DNA of 64,000 nt from Candidatus Heimdallarchaeota archaeon (lineage in GTDB: Archaea > Asgardarchaeota > Heimdallarchaeia > Heimdallarchaeales > Heimdallarchaeaceae), in assembly GCA_016839945.1 (NCBI GenBank), contig JAEOTE010000090.1:32001-96000 (forward strand), written 5' to 3'. Each line of letters begins with the position of its first letter. The stretch's first letter is position 1. The notes under the pieces were generated by a model. The model did no database searches. It saw nothing but the letters and a program-made list of their open reading frames with translations, and was not told the DNA's origin. The position numbers were made by a program, and so were the translations under genes. Below, one piece after another: positions 18,931-29,271 of this stretch.

Positions 18931-19671
18931 TTATTTCATTAGCTTTGTTATCTCCTCATGGTTAAGTTTTTCATAACGTTCTATAGAACCGATATCATCC
19001 CAATAACAATCATCAGGGATATAAGCCATAACATTGTTTTTTTCAACAAAATATGGAAAAATATCTTTTGATAGATCAATGCTTTTTGTGCTATCAAACT
19101 CTTCAAGAAAATTAAATACAGTTGGCTCTATTATACTGATTCCTGTATTTACTAAAAGAGGTAATTTAGGTTTTTCAACAAATTTTGTAACTCTTTTTTC
19201 CTCATCTATTTCAGCTATTCCAACACGCAAATCCCAACCTTCGGTAACTAAAATTGAAGCCCATTTTCCATGTTTTAAGTGAAAATTCAACATATCTGTA
19301 AAATTGACATTTGTGATTATATCAGAGTAAAAAATAATTATGCGTCTGTTGCCAATAATATCTTTAGCATTCAAAAGAGCTGTGCCAGTTCCTTTAGGTC
19401 CAGGTTTGTCTACAACATAGCTGAGATTCATCCCCCATTTTTCTCCATTTCCAAAGTAACCCTGAATTTGTTCTTTCTTATAATTTACTAGTAATATTAA
19501 ATCCTTTATACCATGTTTCTTAAAATGAGTAATTACATATTCCAGAATAGGAAGTTGGTCTTTACCTATGGGAACCATGACTTTTTGCATGTAATAGGTA
19601 AGAGGGCGCATTCTTGTTCCTTCTCCACCACAAAAAAGAATTCCAACTGTTTCTGTCATTTCAAATATCAA
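18931..19671 (-). CDS. Sugar-phosphate nucleotidyltransferase (NTP_transferase family)
   Basis: GGEGTRMRPLT, KVMVPI, GTG, SDI, FVEKP, WDDIG. Confidence 0.9.
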   Translation of the reverse strand: MIFEMTETVGILFCGGEGTRMRPLTYYMQKVMVPIGKDQLPILEYVITHFKKHGIKDLILLVNYKKEQIQGYFGNGEKWGMNLSYVVDKPGPKGTGTALLNAKDIIGNRRIIIFYSDIITNVNFTDMLNFHLKHGKWASILVTEGWDLRVGIAEIDEEKRVTKFVEKPKLPLLVNTGISIIEPTVFNFLEEFDSTKSIDLSKDIFPYFVEKNNVMAYIPDDCYWDDIGSIERYEKLNHEEITKLMK

Positions 19672-19788
19672 TAGTTGAGGTTATTTAATTATTTATTCCT
19701 AATTACGATAGTTCTATAGCGAAAGTATGATGATGATGATATTCCGATTAAGAAATTCTTATTAACATAAAGTAGAGATGTAATTATT

Positions 19789-20442
19789 ATGGAATCAACT
19801 AAGACATCTACTCTTGCTGAAATAACAGACAAACTAAAAGCAAATATTGATCGTTCATTTTGGAAAGGAAGAGGAAATAGAGAACTCTTTAGAGAAGCAG
19901 TAAAGAATCTAGTTGCTTCTGGTGTTCTTTCGAAGGACGAGTATTCATACTTTCAGAAAAATGAAAGAAGAATTTTGGTTAAAACACAACTTATTCATCT
20001 CATCCCAGAATTACAATCTCAGGAGGTAGTTGAAAACACATTGAGACATCTTTCGAATGTAATTTTGGAGAAAAAATATAAGGAAGGAGAAACAAGACGT
20101 GAAGAAGTTGAAAAACAAATCGTAGACCAAATTGCGAGTCACCTTCATAGTACTTTTCATCCAAAAATATCATCAGTAAAAGATGCTTTTTCACATATGA
20201 GACAAATGATTCAAGAGTCACCAGACGTTTCTCAGGAATTAATAAAAATCTCTAATCAATTGCTAGAAGTGCGAGACGGCTTATTAGAGAAAGGACAAAG
20301 TCCGATGTTATTACACGAAATAGACAAACTTTCAACTAAATTAGTTTTTGCTGCAAAAAGTAACAACCCAGAGGACATTCCTTCGAAAACCGATCTACTA
20401 AACTGGTTGAATGATATCCAAATCACTTCTAATGTCGAATAA
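19789..20442 (+). CDS. Hypothetical all-helical protein
   Basis: 217-aa ORF with no recognised catalytic motif. Confidence 0.65.
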   Translation: MESTKTSTLAEITDKLKANIDRSFWKGRGNRELFREAVKNLVASGVLSKDEYSYFQKNERRILVKTQLIHLIPELQSQEVVENTLRHLSNVILEKKYKEGETRREEVEKQIVDQIASHLHSTFHPKISSVKDAFSHMRQMIQESPDVSQELIKISNQLLEVRDGLLEKGQSPMLLHEIDKLSTKLVFAAKSNNPEDIPSKTDLLNWLNDIQITSNVE

Positions 20443-20565
20443 CTCAACAAAACAGATTAGCTAACCGAAACCTCAATTTTTCTTATTTAAAACTTTGATA
20501 TCACAATAATTTTAAATATTGTATAATTTCTTTTGTAGCGTAATTACTTCTGGAGTGTTTGTAAA

Positions 20566-21732
20566 GTGAAATTCAGAAAAATAATAGCATCAGAATCTGT
20601 TACTGAAGGTCATCCTGATAAAGTTTGTGACCAAATTTCAGATGCAATTCTTGATGCCATTTTAAGTGTGGATCCTGATGCATATGTTGCATGTGAAACT
20701 TTTGTTACAACCGGTCTTGTTATAGTAGGAGGAGAGATTACTACAACCAAGGGATGTATTATTAATTATGATAAAATAGTTCGAAATACGATAAAAGAAA
20801 TCGGTTATGATGATTCTAATATAGGTTTTGACTATCGGGGTTGTGCAGTTATAAATACAATTCATTCACAATCTCCAGATATTTCACAAGGGATAAAAAA
20901 AGGGGAATTAGAAGAGCAAGGGGCGGGGGATCAAGGCATAATGATTGGCTATGCAACAAATGAAACACCAGAATATATGCCCTTACCAATAATATTAGCA
21001 CATAAATTAACAGCAAAGCTTAGTGAAGTTAGAAAAAAAGGAATTCTTCAATTTCTTAAACCAGATGGGAAGTCTTTAGTTGCAGCTGAATATGAGGAGA
21101 ATAAACCAACCAGAATTGAAGCTGTTGTTATTGCTGCACAACATACCAAAGATGTTTCTCAAGAAGAAATAGAAGAAGGAATAATAAAGGAAGTTGTTCA
21201 AAAAGTTGTTCCTAAAAATCTTATGGATTCTGAAACTAAAATATTCATTAATAGAACCGGACGTTTTGTGGTAGGGGGTCCTCATGGTGATTCAGGTCTA
21301 ACAGGGAGGAAAATTATAGTGGACACATATGGACAACATTCGCATGGTGGTGGTGCATTTTCAGGAAAGGATCCTTCTAAAGTTGATCGTTCTGCATCAT
21401 ACGCCGCAAGATATGTTGCTAAAAATGTCGTAGCAGCGGATTTGGCTGATGAATGTGAGGTTCAAGTTTCATATTGTATTGGAGTACCTGAACCGTTGTC
21501 AGTTAACATTGAATGTTTTAACACTGAAAAAGTACAAATTGATAAGATAAGAGAAGCTGTAATGAAAATCTTTGATTTCAGACCAGGTATAATAGTAGAA
21601 CAATTAGAATTAAAAAGACCGATATACTTGAAAACAGCATGTTATGGTCATTTTGGAAGGAATTTACCTGAATTCACTTGGGAAAAAACAGACAAAGTTG
21701 AGGAATTAAAACGAATTGTTAATGAATTGTGA
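20566..21732 (+). CDS. metK: S-adenosylmethionine synthetase, bacterial/eukaryotic type
   Basis: [41 protein letters not shown]. Confidence 0.97.
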   Translation: MKFRKIIASESVTEGHPDKVCDQISDAILDAILSVDPDAYVACETFVTTGLVIVGGEITTTKGCIINYDKIVRNTIKEIGYDDSNIGFDYRGCAVINTIHSQSPDISQGIKKGELEEQGAGDQGIMIGYATNETPEYMPLPIILAHKLTAKLSEVRKKGILQFLKPDGKSLVAAEYEENKPTRIEAVVIAAQHTKDVSQEEIEEGIIKEVVQKVVPKNLMDSETKIFINRTGRFVVGGPHGDSGLTGRKIIVDTYGQHSHGGGAFSGKDPSKVDRSASYAARYVAKNVVAADLADECEVQVSYCIGVPEPLSVNIECFNTEKVQIDKIREAVMKIFDFRPGIIVEQLELKRPIYLKTACYGHFGRNLPEFTWEKTDKVEELKRIVNEL

Positions 21733-22481
21733 TTCGGAATAAAACAAAGTTCAGCTTTGTTTTTTTTACTCATTTTTTTTCACAAACCTTTTTTTATTAT
21801 TACTTATGTATTATCGAAGGTATGAACAAAACAGATAGTTTAGCAATTGAGAAAGTAGTACAAAAAATCTTGCAAGAAGAGAAACCAAAAACGGTTAAAA
21901 AGCTCATAGAAAGGACAGTAGAATTAACAAGCAAGGATAAATATGAAGTATTTCTCGTTGTTCAAGAATTAGAAAGAACTAAGAGAATCCATTTAGGATC
22001 ACCAAAAATCATTAGAAAATTACCTGAAACCATACTAGAATATTTTATAAAAGTTAATTATTTCTCTGTTGAATTTTGGACTATTTTCTTGTTAACTGCA
22101 ATGTTCTTTCCAATTATAATTCTAATTCCTGAAGAATCTTCCTTTTTGTTCCTTCGAGTAATTTTTGGGTTTTTGTTCATTCTATTTATCCCAGGATGGT
22201 CGATTACAAATCTGTTTTTTCCGAAACTATATGAAGTAATAGATCAGTTCGAGAGATTTTTAATTGCAATTGGAGTAAATGTTGGAATTGCTATTTTTTC
22301 TGGACTAATCCTAAATCAAGTCTGGATTATTAATTCAACACCATTTACTATTATTATTGGTTCATTTACTTTTGCAGCTTCATTATTATCGTCATTGTTG
22401 AGAATTTATATTGGTTCGAGCAGAAATAAGAAATTATTGGTACTATTTGAGAATATAAAATTAAAAATAAAAAGAAAGTGA
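21729..22481 (+). CDS. DUF1616-like membrane protein with N-terminal winged-helix-like region; likely start 21822
   Basis: LRVIFG.LF.LFIPGW...LFP...ER..IAIG pattern. Confidence 0.65.
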   Translation: MIRNKTKFSFVFFTHFFSQTFFYYYLCIIEGMNKTDSLAIEKVVQKILQEEKPKTVKKLIERTVELTSKDKYEVFLVVQELERTKRIHLGSPKIIRKLPETILEYFIKVNYFSVEFWTIFLLTAMFFPIIILIPEESSFLFLRVIFGFLFILFIPGWSITNLFFPKLYEVIDQFERFLIAIGVNVGIAIFSGLILNQVWIINSTPFTIIIGSFTFAASLLSSLLRIYIGSSRNKKLLVLFENIKLKIKRK

Positions 22482-22487
22482 AGGAAA

Positions 22488-23027
22488 GTGTCTAGATATT
22501 GGAAGGTTAGAAGTATTGTTTTGCTAGCAATGTTGTTTCTTTCACTTTTTTTAGTAAATAATTATTCTTATGCTCAAACAGAGCAGGAGGCTTTAACATT
22601 AATCAATAATGCTAATGAAAAATTAATAGAAGCCCTTAATCTTCTTGAGGAAATCCCTGTTACAGATTCTGAAGCTAAGCAACTAACATCAGAAATAGAT
22701 TCAGCATTACAACTAATTCAAGAAGCAAAATCAAAAACAATTGAGAATGAGTATAGCGTAGCAATGCAAAGGGCAAGCGAAGCTATTGTAAAACTTGATA
22801 ATGTTATTGAACAATTAGAGGAAGTCGTTAAGAATAATAAGCAGAAAAACACGATTCTCTTTTCATTATTAGGTGTTTTTTTAGCACTGTTGACAGTGAT
22901 TGTTCTTTATTTTTATCTAACAAGAATATATCCTTGGTATAAGATGAAGAAAGTTGAAAATTATGAGAGATTAGAAATAGTTTATGAAAGTGAAGGTGTG
23001 TTAAACAATGGAGAAAAAAAGGATTAG
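22488..23027 (+). CDS. Hypothetical membrane-anchored helical protein
   Basis: Signal peptide, helical bundle, C-terminal TM. Confidence 0.65.
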   Translation: MSRYWKVRSIVLLAMLFLSLFLVNNYSYAQTEQEALTLINNANEKLIEALNLLEEIPVTDSEAKQLTSEIDSALQLIQEAKSKTIENEYSVAMQRASEAIVKLDNVIEQLEEVVKNNKQKNTILFSLLGVFLALLTVIVLYFYLTRIYPWYKMKKVENYERLEIVYESEGVLNNGEKKD

Positions 23028-23625
23028 CGAAATAATTTTTAGAAGTACTAATCTAAAGAGATTCATTTCTCTTTTTGTTGTTTCTATAATTATTATTGTT
23101 ATTGTTACAATGTTTAGCACTACATTTTTTTCATATTCTAGGGAAGGTTTCTCTGAAATATCCTTATTACAATATAATCAAGCAGAGAGTTTATATGAAG
23201 CTGCCAGACAACCTTATATTCTTTATAAAAATTTCAATTCTACCACTTATTTTATGATCAAAAATTTCGAAAACAAAGTAACCTATTATCAGTTACAGAT
23301 TAAGATAACAAAATTATCTCAAGCTGTAAATTCTGAAACGCCTTTAGCTACAACTGAATGCTATTTAATGTATTTAAACCATACTTATGAAAAAATTCTG
23401 TTTCCAGCAACAAAACAAGAGAAACAGGAAATTAACGCATTTACAGGAAGTTATATTTGGAGTCCAACTAATGTGACTTTATATTTCTCAAGTCAATTTG
23501 AATCATTGCTTTTAGGAGAAAATGGTGTGAAAATCGTTTTTGAAATATGGAGATTCAACACACAAGCAGAAGAATTTTCGTATTCAGGAATTTTCGCTTT
23601 CATGGAATTATTTGTTATAGGCTAG
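23008..23625 (+). CDS. DUF1616 C-terminal-like exported domain protein
   Basis: N-terminal TM then EGFSEISLL...NFENK...YQLQIK, KIVFEIW. Confidence 0.55.
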   Translation: MEKKRISEIIFRSTNLKRFISLFVVSIIIIVIVTMFSTTFFSYSREGFSEISLLQYNQAESLYEAARQPYILYKNFNSTTYFMIKNFENKVTYYQLQIKITKLSQAVNSETPLATTECYLMYLNHTYEKILFPATKQEKQEINAFTGSYIWSPTNVTLYFSSQFESLLLGENGVKIVFEIWRFNTQAEEFSYSGIFAFMELFVIG

Positions 23626-23632
23626 TGTTTCT

Positions 23633-24283
23633 ATGAGTACAAAAATATTGATTCTTTCTGATATTCATAGCCAAAATATTACTTTAATGAATATTCTAGA
23701 CAAAGTTCAAAGTTTGTTTAACCCACCTAAAATATGTTTTATAGCCGGTGATATTACTAATTTTGGTTCAATTGAAGATATGAATGAAGTTTTGGATATT
23801 ATCACGAGTTATAATATTCAAACTTTTTTTATACTCGGAAATTGTGACCCAGACATTAATTCAGGGACACTTGATACTTCTGCAAAACATTTAGAATCTT
23901 CAGCAGAAGAAATTAGTTTTTTTACTTTAGTAGGTTTTGGATCTCACAGGCCTCGTATTAACTATAAGCTTCTTCTTGAACTAAAAAGAACAAAAAAGAG
24001 AGTTTGTTTACTTACCCACGCACCACCTTATGGAACAAAAGCAGATTTAATTTCTTTTAACAGACATGGGGGTTCCCATGAAATAAAAAAAATTATAGAA
24101 AAATTCCACAATATTTTCTTAGTAATTTCAGGTCATATACATGAATCTCACACTATTTCTACTTATAAAAAATGCACAATCATCAATCCAGGACCAATTA
24201 CGAGGGGAAATTTCGCCATTATTGAAATAGACGAGGAATTTAAAGTTAAAGGGGACATACACAATATATACGAGATGAAATAA
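23633..24283 (+). CDS. Calcineurin-like metallophosphoesterase
   Basis: SDIH, GDIT, GNCD, THAPP, GHIHE, NPG. Confidence 0.9.
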   Translation: MSTKILILSDIHSQNITLMNILDKVQSLFNPPKICFIAGDITNFGSIEDMNEVLDIITSYNIQTFFILGNCDPDINSGTLDTSAKHLESSAEEISFFTLVGFGSHRPRINYKLLLELKRTKKRVCLLTHAPPYGTKADLISFNRHGGSHEIKKIIEKFHNIFLVISGHIHESHTISTYKKCTIINPGPITRGNFAIIEIDEEFKVKGDIHNIYEMK

Positions 24284-24985
24284 TTGAAGAAGAATTTAGA
24301 GGATTATTTAGAATTTTTTTCAAACTTTCAAGAATTTAACAATATCTTAGTGAAAGCCTATCAGTTTATATTACAACAATTTCTAGTATCTGGAAGTAAA
24401 AAATCACATTCTCTTGAACATACAATTCGAGTTACTTACACTTGCATGAATCTTGGATTTGAACTTAATGCGAAATTAGATATTTTAATTATTGCTGCAC
24501 TCTTTCATGATACGGGTAGACCCTTAGAGGAAGTAACAGGAAGATGTCATGCAGAATTAAGTGCTGAAATCGCAACTGAATTTCTAAAAGAACATTCTCT
24601 CGATGACATGATACCAGAAGTATGTGACATCATCCTCTCGCACAGATTTAGCAAAAAAATCAAACCAACATCAAAAGAAGGTAAAATCCTAAAGGATGCA
24701 GATGCTCTTGATGCATTGGGTGCTATGGGTCTATACCGCACAATAAGCTACAGTGTTGAAAAAAAATACGACCTCGAAAAAGCTCTAGAGCACTTTGATG
24801 AAAAACTATTCAAATTACCAGAGCTTATGCATTTTCCTTCTACAAAGAATTTAGCGGTAGAAAGATGTAAGATATTGAAGGAATTTATTGAGAAAATAGA
24901 AGAATACAAGAAAAAATCAAATTTTGATTCACTTTTAGAAAAATTACAAAATAAAAATCATAGCGAAAACCAGAATTTTAAATAA
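24284..24985 (+). CDS. HD-domain phosphohydrolase
   Basis: HSLEH, HD, HAELSA, SHRF, DADALDALGA. Confidence 0.9.
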   Translation: MKKNLEDYLEFFSNFQEFNNILVKAYQFILQQFLVSGSKKSHSLEHTIRVTYTCMNLGFELNAKLDILIIAALFHDTGRPLEEVTGRCHAELSAEIATEFLKEHSLDDMIPEVCDIILSHRFSKKIKPTSKEGKILKDADALDALGAMGLYRTISYSVEKKYDLEKALEHFDEKLFKLPELMHFPSTKNLAVERCKILKEFIEKIEEYKKKSNFDSLLEKLQNKNHSENQNFK

Positions 24986-25025
24986 GACTAATGTCTTATC
25001 TTTTACTTGTGTAATAAATTAAAAG

Positions 25026-25730
25026 GTGAACCTTATGGCTTCTCTTCATGCAGGCGACATGGTAAAAATAAATTATACTGGAAAAACAAAAGAAGATAAT
25101 GTTGTGTTTGATACTACTTCGGAAAGTATAGCGAAGAAAGAAGATATTTTTGATGAAAAAGTAATATATAGACCTTTCACTCTGATAATTGGAAAAAAGT
25201 GGCTTCCTGAGGGATTGGAGGCGCAGATTGTAGGAATGAAAGAAGGTCAAAACAAAACCATTGAAGTTGAAGCAAAGAAAGGATTTGGTTTAAGAGATAG
25301 GTCTAAAATAAGATTAATTCAACGAAGAGAATTTCAACGACATCAAATAAAACCAAAAGAAGATACCAAAGTTGAAATAGGAGGGCAAATGGGGAGGATC
25401 CTTAAGGTATCAAGTAGCAGAGTGAAAGTTGATTTTAATCACGATTTAGCAGGAAACGATTTGGTTTATGATGTTGAAGTTATTAAAAAAATAACTGATA
25501 TCAAGGAACAATTCATTTGTTTGTTAGAAAAAAGACTACCTGGTGTTGATTTTTCATCAACAAAGATTGAACTTAAGGATAAGACCATTATTGTAGAACT
25601 GCCTAAGGATACTAGATTTATGGAATACATACAATTCATTAGAAATGGTGTAACAAGAGATTTAGGAGATATAACAACCAAATACAATAAAGTGACATTT
25701 ATTGAAGATTATGAAATAGAGAAGAAATAA
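25026..25730 (+). CDS. FKBP-type peptidyl-prolyl isomerase (long archaeal SlyD-like)
   Basis: GDMVKINYTG, VFDTT, GLE, FGLRD, VDFNHDLAG. Confidence 0.9.
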   Translation: MNLMASLHAGDMVKINYTGKTKEDNVVFDTTSESIAKKEDIFDEKVIYRPFTLIIGKKWLPEGLEAQIVGMKEGQNKTIEVEAKKGFGLRDRSKIRLIQRREFQRHQIKPKEDTKVEIGGQMGRILKVSSSRVKVDFNHDLAGNDLVYDVEVIKKITDIKEQFICLLEKRLPGVDFSSTKIELKDKTIIVELPKDTRFMEYIQFIRNGVTRDLGDITTKYNKVTFIEDYEIEKK

Positions 25731-25746
25731 ACATATCCACTTCTCT

Positions 25747-26178
25747 CTATATTTTTTTAGCTTCTACTAAAACAAGATTATAATCTAAAGGGCAATTCAC
25801 TTTATTCAAAATCTTAAGAATTTTTACTTTTGATTGTTCATTAAAGTTTGAATGAATACAGTATTCATAATTCTCACATAGTATTTCGTTGCATTCCAAT
25901 GGTTTTCTATTAATGATAATGTTGTCCAGATATTTTTGAGTTTCAACGGTGATGATACTATTAGCTTTTTCAACCTCACATACAATCATTACTTGTTCAT
26001 CTATTAAGCAACTATGTTCTTTTGTGCTTATTTTCTTTATCTCATAAGAAACATTATTCTCAAGAGCTTCAACACAAACTTTTCTTAGAGTGCATTTTGA
26101 ACATACTTCTGTTCCTCCCATGTGTATGAATGTGTAACCGATTTTTGCGATGTTTTTCTCTAGTAGAGTTATTATCAT
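25747..26178 (-). CDS. UPF0179 family protein
   Basis: IITL....AKIG..F...G....C..C.L...C pattern; next to egsA, as is common in archaea. Confidence 0.8.
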   Translation of the reverse strand: MIITLLEKNIAKIGYTFIHMGGTEVCSKCTLRKVCVEALENNVSYEIKKISTKEHSCLIDEQVMIVCEVEKANSIITVETQKYLDNIIINRKPLECNEILCENYEYCIHSNFNEQSKVKILKILNKVNCPLDYNLVLVEAKKI

Positions 26179-26226
26179 TTCAAAGGAACTTTACAGAAAT
26201 TGTTTTTTAATATTGGGAAACATAAC

Positions 26227-27294
26227 TCAATTTATTACATTAGTTTTTACTGCTACATTTACTGCGGCTTCATGTGTTAGTCCATCTTTTCCTAGAATTG
26301 TAAACCTTTCTGGTCTTATTGTGTGAGCTATTTTTAATGCGTCTATGACTTCTTCATCTTTTAACCCGGCTTTCTTTGCTGTAGTTGGTATTCCTATGGT
26401 GTTCATTACTGATTGAATATTCTCCCAATCAAGCTCATGGAGGAAAGCCATTAGTATAGTACCTATTGCACATTGCTCCCCATGTAAAGCTGGAGTTTCT
26501 GCTATAGAATCTAGTGCGTGACTAAACATATGTTCAGAACCGCTCCCAGGTCTAGAAGATCCTGCAACACACATAGCTAAGGAGCTACCAATTAATGAGT
26601 TCATTACAATACGACTATAACCTTCTGAATGACTTTTAATTGAATTTGCATTTTCAGAAACTAGTTTAACTGTCATTTCAGAGAGAGCGACTGAAGTTGG
26701 TGATATTGGCTCGTTTCTGATTCTGTGCGACAACATCCAGTCCTTAAGTGATGTTTTTTTAGCAAGAATATCTCCACATCCTGCACAAGTATAACGATAA
26801 GGTGAACTATCAAGAATCTTTGTGTCAGCTACGACTGCAATAGGAGGTCTAGCTTGGATTGAATGTCTTTCATCAATCCCTTTCAGTGATGCCCTTGAAC
26901 TTGCAATTCCATCATGACTTGCAATTGTTGGTATCGAAATAAATCTTTGATTAGCTTTAAACGACGTTAATTTTGCTACATCAATTGGTTTTCCTCCACC
27001 TAAACCAATAACAAAATTATTACTTGTTTCTCTTAAAACAGACAGTTGTTTGTCAACTTCATCTAATGTACTATCTTCAATAATTGATATAGTTGTTTCA
27101 ATTTTCCCTTCTTCCAATATTGCTTTGATTTGTTTTCCATATTTGTTTTCCACAAATTTGTCTGTAATTAAGAGACATTTATCTCCCAATGTCAGTCTTT
27201 CAATAATTTCAGGGAGGCTTAAAAACATATTAGTGCCAAGAGATAACATTTGTGGCATTTCTATATGTTTAAACTCGTTTATTACACCATACAT
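26227..27294 (-). CDS. egsA: sn-glycerol-1-phosphate dehydrogenase
   Basis: GGGKPIDVAK, PTIASHDGIAS, SSRPGSGSEH.FSHALD, HGEQC, RPERFTIL. Confidence 0.95.
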   Translation of the reverse strand: MYGVINEFKHIEMPQMLSLGTNMFLSLPEIIERLTLGDKCLLITDKFVENKYGKQIKAILEEGKIETTISIIEDSTLDEVDKQLSVLRETSNNFVIGLGGGKPIDVAKLTSFKANQRFISIPTIASHDGIASSRASLKGIDERHSIQARPPIAVVADTKILDSSPYRYTCAGCGDILAKKTSLKDWMLSHRIRNEPISPTSVALSEMTVKLVSENANSIKSHSEGYSRIVMNSLIGSSLAMCVAGSSRPGSGSEHMFSHALDSIAETPALHGEQCAIGTILMAFLHELDWENIQSVMNTIGIPTTAKKAGLKDEEVIDALKIAHTIRPERFTILGKDGLTHEAAVNVAVKTNVIN

Positions 27295-27405
27295 TTCAAT
27301 ATCCTTTATAATCTAAATTAGCTTATATTAAAGGGATTCTATCTTTTTTTATCATAAATCATTTGTTGATAGAAACAAATGTTTAAGAAATTGGAATGAA
27401 TTTTC

Positions 27406-28308
27406 TTGAATTGGAGCGATTTTATGACAAAATATGCAATCATAATTGATTCAACATCAGATATTCCTCAGAAACTTGTAGATGAATACAGACTATATAC
27501 TATTCCTGTCTATATTATTTTTCCTGATACTGATGAAGCTCTAAAAGATAAAATAGAAATATCAAGAGAACAATACTTCGAAAGATTAGAACAAGCAAAA
27601 AAGCATCCTTTTACAACTCAACCAAGTCCAAATGAGTTTCTTACTTTGTACAATAAATTAGAGAAGGAGGGTATCAAAGAAATCTTGTATATTCCATTCT
27701 CCTCAAAGCTATCTGGATTGTATAATAATGCTCATTTAGCTAAGAAGATTTATTTGAAAGAAGGAGGAAAATCAGAAGTTGAAATACATGATTCCAAGCA
27801 GAGCTCAATGGGAGTTGGAATACAAGCTTTGAAAGCTGTGAATTTATTTCAACAAGGTTTGAATCTAAAAGAAGTTGTAGAAAAGCTAGAGCATTTTAGA
27901 GAAAATCAACTTAAATCCACACTTGTTGTTGCAACTTTAAAATATCTAATGAAAGGGGGAAGAATTAGTAAGATACAATATGCTATTGGATCAGTTTTAA
28001 GTTTAACACCTTGTCTAGAAGGAACTTCTGAAGGATTACTTGTCGCATTTGATAGAACTAAGAATTACAAAGATGGCATTAAGAGAGTAATAGATAGAGC
28101 ATTTGAGGAAATCAAAGAAAAAGAAGATTTAGCTGTGTATATAATTGAGGGTAAAGCTGAAAAAGGAGTAAAAATAGCAAAAACGTATTTTCAAGAGAAA
28201 TATCCAGATATTGAGTTACTTGGGGAGTTACCATTAGGTGCAGCTATTTATACTCATACAGGACCTGGAGTGGTAGCATTTATTTTATTCAAGAATTTCG
28301 ATTTCTAA
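27406..28308 (+). CDS. DegV/FakB family fatty-acid-binding protein; likely start 27424
   Basis: IIDSTSD, TTQPS, SSKLSG, DS, LKYLMKGGRI, HTGPG. Confidence 0.9.
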   Translation: MNWSDFMTKYAIIIDSTSDIPQKLVDEYRLYTIPVYIIFPDTDEALKDKIEISREQYFERLEQAKKHPFTTQPSPNEFLTLYNKLEKEGIKEILYIPFSSKLSGLYNNAHLAKKIYLKEGGKSEVEIHDSKQSSMGVGIQALKAVNLFQQGLNLKEVVEKLEHFRENQLKSTLVVATLKYLMKGGRISKIQYAIGSVLSLTPCLEGTSEGLLVAFDRTKNYKDGIKRVIDRAFEEIKEKEDLAVYIIEGKAEKGVKIAKTYFQEKYPDIELLGELPLGAAIYTHTGPGVVAFILFKNFDF

Positions 28309-28363
28309 AATCAGATTCATAATTAAGTGAACAACATAAAACATAAAAAAAGAGGAAGAAGAT

Positions 28364-29218
28364 CTATTTCTTCTTAGGAAACCAAGGAATTAATGCTTTT
28401 GTTTTTTGCTTGTAATTTTGATATTCCTTATTATCTTCAAATCTCTTCTCTGCTAAGGGTAGTCCTGTTACATAGATTAAAAGCAATGCAATAATAATAG
28501 GTCCAATAATCGATGCGAAATTCCAAGCTTTAAATTCATATAGAGCTATGAAAAACAAACCAAACCACATAGTTATCTCACCGAAATAATTTGGGTGACG
28601 AGTATATTTCCAAAGTCCTTTTGTCATTACTTTACCCTTATTTTCTGATTTTTTCTTGAACAAGTGCATTTGTAAATCTGCAAAAAACTCAAAGAAAAAG
28701 CCAATTGACCAAATACCAATTCCTATATAATCAAGTACCCATAGAGGTCTAGCATTAGAAGTATTTGCAGTAACAACAAGCACAGGTAATCCTATAAGAA
28801 TTACGAGGATAACTTGTGACAAATAAATCTGAAGAAAGCCTCTCCACCAAATAGATTTACCCCATTCATCACGGTAAATTTTAAATCGTCTATCTTCACC
28901 AGTTTCTTCATCTTTTCCGAATTTCCTTAAAGTAAGAAACACAGCTATTCGAATGCCCCATAGAATTACTAGTCCTGTAATCAGAATCTTTCTTTCTAAG
29001 AGAAAATTACTCCCACTTGCTATCCATGACACAATAGCAGCTAAAATAAAACCTGCTCCATATGCTATATCAACTGTATTGAAACTTTTTTGATACAAGC
29101 CTATGAAGTAGAATATAAAGAATAATCCAAATACAGCAAGTAAACTCCATAAAATCGGAATAATCATAAATATCAACTTCACTTGATAGATTTGTTTATT
29201 TATTTTTGGTTTTGTCAA
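28364..29218 (-). CDS. DUF1295 (steroid 5-alpha-reductase-like) membrane protein
   Basis: EDRRF, ADLQM..FK, GLWKYTRHPNYFGE. Confidence 0.88.
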   Translation of the reverse strand: MTKPKINKQIYQVKLIFMIIPILWSLLAVFGLFFIFYFIGLYQKSFNTVDIAYGAGFILAAIVSWIASGSNFLLERKILITGLVILWGIRIAVFLTLRKFGKDEETGEDRRFKIYRDEWGKSIWWRGFLQIYLSQVILVILIGLPVLVVTANTSNARPLWVLDYIGIGIWSIGFFFEFFADLQMHLFKKKSENKGKVMTKGLWKYTRHPNYFGEITMWFGLFFIALYEFKAWNFASIIGPIIIALLLIYVTGLPLAEKRFEDNKEYQNYKQKTKALIPWFPKKK

Positions 29219-29271
29219 AAATACGAAAATAGCGTAATGATTATTATTACTGTAATTTATTACATTTTAGA

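Noticed and set aside
19725-19790. ATGATGATGATGAT resembling a C box of a C/D sRNA
   Set aside because: No CTGA D box at a suitable distance; more likely a trinucleotide microrepeat in a divergent promoter.
20443-20565. Possible SAM riboswitch upstream of metK
   Set aside because: Short and very AT-rich, with no recognisable aptamer core.
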